From Alphaproteobacteria bacterium (GTDB lineage Bacteria; Pseudomonadota; Alphaproteobacteria; MPNO01), in NCBI GenBank assembly GCA_964291675.2, contig OZ219866.1, forward strand, positions 128,001 through 192,000: a DNA stretch of 64,000 bases, given 5' to 3'. The position numbers and the translations under genes are program-made. Numbering within the stretch: position 1 is the stretch's first letter; each line of letters opens with the position of its first letter. Below the pieces are notes generated by a model, which was not told where the DNA came from, made no database searches, and saw only the letters and a program-made list of their open reading frames with translations. Below are positions 61,259 through 64,000 of the stretch, piece after piece.

Positions 61259-62725
61259 ATGCCGGCAATCGAAGCGCGCGGCCTCCACAAGCAGTTCCAG
61301 GCGACCCGCGCGCTGGAGGACGTGTCGTTTGCGGTCGAGCCCGGCGAGATCCACGCGCTGATCGGCGAGAACGGCGCCGGCAAGTCGACGCTGATCAAGA
61401 TCCTGGGCGGCGTCTACCGGCCCGACCGCGGCACCGTGGCGGTGGGCGGCGAGGAGCGGCGCTTCGCCGGCCCGCGCGAGGCGCTGGCCGGCGGCATCGT
61501 CACCATCCCGCAGGAGATGCGCGTCGTGCCCGCGCTCGGCGTTGCCGAGAACGTGCTCATCGGGCATTTGCCGATGCGCCGCGCGCTCGGCCTGCCGGTG
61601 CTCGACCGGGCGGCGATGGCGCGCAGGGCGGCGGGCATTCTCGACCGCCTCGGGATCGACATCGATCCCGGCACGCGGGTCGACCGGCTGGGCTACGCCG
61701 AGCGCCAGCTGGTGATGATCGCCCGGGCGCTCAGCCACGCGGCGCGAGTGGTGATCCTCGACGAGCCGACGGCGGCGCTGGAGGCGCGCGAGGTCGAGCG
61801 GCTGTTCCGCGCGATCGACGCGCTCAAGGCCGACGGCGTGGCGATCGTCTATGTCTCGCACCGGCTCGACGAGGTCGAGGCGCTGGCCGATACCTGCACC
61901 GTGCTGCGCGACGGGCGGGCGGTCGAGCGCTTCGCGCGCGGCGAGCGCGGGCGGGCCGACATCGTCCGCGCGATGACCGGGCGCGACATCGAGACCGCGC
62001 ACGCCGCCCCCGGCGCGGCATCGACCGGCATCCTGCTGCGCGGGCCGGTGGGCGAGGAGCCCGAGGTCGCGGTCGGCGAGGGCAGCGTGCTCGGCCTCGC
62101 CGGGCTGCTCGGCAGTGGCACGACGGAGCTGCTGCACCGCCTGTTCGGCGGCGCGCGCGGGCCGGTGGAGATCGAGAAATCGGGCGCGGCGGTCCGGCTC
62201 GCACGGCCCGCCGACGCGATCCGGGCCGGCATCGGGCTGGTCCCCGGCGAGCGAGCGCTGGGGCTCGCGATGGCGCTCACGGTGCGCGAGAACATCGTGC
62301 TCCCCAACCTGCCGCTGCTGGCTGGCGGGCTGCGGCTCGACAGGCCGGCGATCGACCGCCTGGTCGCGCGGCTGATCGAGAGCGTCGACATCCGCCCGCC
62401 CGACCCGGACCGGACGGTGCGCCAGCTTTCCGGCGGCAACCAGCAGAAGGTGATCTTCGCGCGCTGGCTCGCCGGCCATGCCGACGTGCTGCTGCTCGAC
62501 GAGCCGACGCACGGCATCGACATCGGCGCCAAGGCGCAGATCCACCGGCTGATGCGCCGCTTCGTCGAGGATGGCGGCGGGATCGTGCTCGCCTCGGCGG
62601 AGATGGCGGAGCTGCTGGCGGTCAGCGACTCGGTGCTGGCGATGCGCCGCGGCAGGACGGTCGGGCGCCTGACGCGCGACGGCGCATACACCGAGGCCGC
62701 GCTGAGATCGGCGCTCGGCGGATGA
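61259..62725 (+). CDS. Sugar ABC transporter ATP-binding protein (RbsA-like)
   Basis: GENGAGKST, DEPT twice, LSGGNQQK. Confidence 0.9.
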   Translation: MPAIEARGLHKQFQATRALEDVSFAVEPGEIHALIGENGAGKSTLIKILGGVYRPDRGTVAVGGEERRFAGPREALAGGIVTIPQEMRVVPALGVAENVLIGHLPMRRALGLPVLDRAAMARRAAGILDRLGIDIDPGTRVDRLGYAERQLVMIARALSHAARVVILDEPTAALEAREVERLFRAIDALKADGVAIVYVSHRLDEVEALADTCTVLRDGRAVERFARGERGRADIVRAMTGRDIETAHAAPGAASTGILLRGPVGEEPEVAVGEGSVLGLAGLLGSGTTELLHRLFGGARGPVEIEKSGAAVRLARPADAIRAGIGLVPGERALGLAMALTVRENIVLPNLPLLAGGLRLDRPAIDRLVARLIESVDIRPPDPDRTVRQLSGGNQQKVIFARWLAGHADVLLLDEPTHGIDIGAKAQIHRLMRRFVEDGGGIVLASAEMAELLAVSDSVLAMRRGRTVGRLTRDGAYTEAALRSALGG

Positions 62726-63669
62726 GAGGCCCGGCGCAGGCCCGGATCGGCTGGCTGGCCGGGCAGATCCCGCTGCTCGCGCTGGTCGTGCTCTGCCTGG
62801 TCGCGAGCGCGCTGTCAGACCGGTTCTTCTCGCCGATCAACATCAACAACGTGCTGATGCAGGGCGCGGTCATGACGGTGATCACCATCGGCATGACCTA
62901 TGTGATCGTCTGCGGCGGGTTCGACCTCAGCGTCGGCTCGGTGGTGGCGCTGTCGGGCTGCATCGCGGCCATGGCGATGCTGGAGGCCGGCATCGTCGCG
63001 GGGGTGGCCGCCGGCGTCGCGGTCGGCGCCCTGGTCGGGCTGGTCAACGGGCTCGTCGTGACCCGGCTCGACGTGAACCCGTTCATCGCCACGCTCGGCA
63101 CCATGGTGCTGTTCCGCGGCGTCACCTTCCTGATCACCGGCGGGCGGCCGATCGTCGGCGAGGAGGGGCTGCCGGAGCTCTTTCTCGACTTCGCCATCGA
63201 ACGCCTGTTCGGCATCCCCTTCCTGGTCTGGCTGCCGGTGCTCCTGTTCGGCGTGTTCCACTGGCTGCTGCACCGCACGGCCTACGGAATCCGCGTCTTC
63301 GCCACCGGCGGCAACACCGAGGCGGCCTATCTCGCGGGCGTCGCGGTGGGGCGTGTGCGGGCCTCGGCCTATGTCTGGTGCGGCGCGCTCGCCGGGCTCG
63401 CCGGGGTGATGCTGGCGTCCCGGCTGCAATCGGGCCAGCCGACGGCGGGCGCGTTCTACGAGCTCACCGCGATCGCCGCCGTGGTGCTCGGCGGCGCCTC
63501 GCTGTTCGGCGGCGAGGGGAAGCTCTACAAGTCGATCATCGGGGTGTTCATCATGGTGGTGCTGGCGAATGCGCTCAACCTCGCCAACGTCCACTCCTAC
63601 TGGCAGCAGGTGGCGATCGGCCTGGTGATCGTCGCCGCCGCCGCCGCCGACCGCCTGCGCCGCCGCTGA
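62722..63669 (+). CDS. Sugar ABC transporter permease (RbsC-like)
   Basis: GGFDLSVGS, PFIATLG, IAAVVLGGASLFGG. Confidence 0.9.
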   Translation: MRGPAQARIGWLAGQIPLLALVVLCLVASALSDRFFSPININNVLMQGAVMTVITIGMTYVIVCGGFDLSVGSVVALSGCIAAMAMLEAGIVAGVAAGVAVGALVGLVNGLVVTRLDVNPFIATLGTMVLFRGVTFLITGGRPIVGEEGLPELFLDFAIERLFGIPFLVWLPVLLFGVFHWLLHRTAYGIRVFATGGNTEAAYLAGVAVGRVRASAYVWCGALAGLAGVMLASRLQSGQPTAGAFYELTAIAAVVLGGASLFGGEGKLYKSIIGVFIMVVLANALNLANVHSYWQQVAIGLVIVAAAAADRLRRR

Positions 63670-63695
63670 CGGGCGCCGCGGGCCGAGAGCGGCCG

Positions 63696-64000
63696 CTACC
63701 GAACGAGTCCCTGCTTCCGCGCCATCTCCATGGCGAGGTTTTCCGAAGCATCGAGGAACGCGAAGAACACGCTCAAATCGTCGATGTAGTGCTGCCATTG
63801 CCCGTCGGCGGCATGCTCCCAAGCGTACCGCTTTTTCCACAACTCCGCGTCTTCATCCATGTAGGCGAAGACGTCCTTCAGGCCTTGCAAGCGCCGGTTG
63901 GCGGGGCCTTCGGGGATCGCGGGATCGTCGGTGCTCAGAAACGCGACCAGATCGAACGGATGATCGGTGGAGGCCTTCGCGAACAGACGCTCCAGCTCGG
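63696..64000 (-). CDS. 3' end of a hypothetical protein (runs off right edge)
   Basis: Open frame ELERLFAKASTDHPFDLV...MARKQGLVR* continuing to the window end. Confidence 0.5.
   Translation of the reverse strand, partial: ELERLFAKASTDHPFDLVAFLSTDDPAIPEGPANRRLQGLKDVFAYMDEDAELWKKRYAWEHAADGQWQHYIDDLSVFFAFLDASENLAMEMARKQGLVR

Overview
High-GC alphaproteobacterial chromosome segment (Rhodospirillales-like, judged by eye from the rRNA and gene content) in three blocks. (1) 1-~31000: a defence-rich genomic island abutting the 3' end of tRNA-fMet. It carries a type III RM Res gene (partial), a truncated PLD nuclease, an EEP nuclease, an IS66 remnant, a translationally coupled 5-gene operon (MmeI/YeeA-like MTase, BfiI-like PLD nuclease, YeeB-like helicase, YeeC/T5orf172-like protein, GIY-YIG nuclease), a MOBF relaxase-helicase with a probable oriT region and accessory gene, a DUF1173-like protein, a sacsin/GHKL-DUF3883 giant, a second DUF3883 nuclease and a Fic protein. 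No integrase or T4SS gene is visible in the window. (2) ~31000-36450: a complete minus-strand rRNA operon (16S-tRNA-Ile-tRNA-Ala-23S-5S-tRNA-fMet). (3) ~36500-64000: a ywfO/ywgA-like HD hydrolase pair, an hmfABCDE-like furoate-type catabolic cluster extended by MFS, FAD monooxygenase, ComDE-like decarboxylase and YdhR genes, iorAB, an ADP-forming acyl-CoA ligase, an orphan FitA-like antitoxin with a collapsed PIN toxin, and sugar ABC genes. Best candidates for novelty: the 5-gene MTase/nuclease operon with an apparently swapped low-GC TRD+PLD module, an inverted relaxase 3' remnant bracketing that cassette, and a multi-branched palindromic element at 41294-41557. All family calls come from motif recognition by eye; no database search was run.
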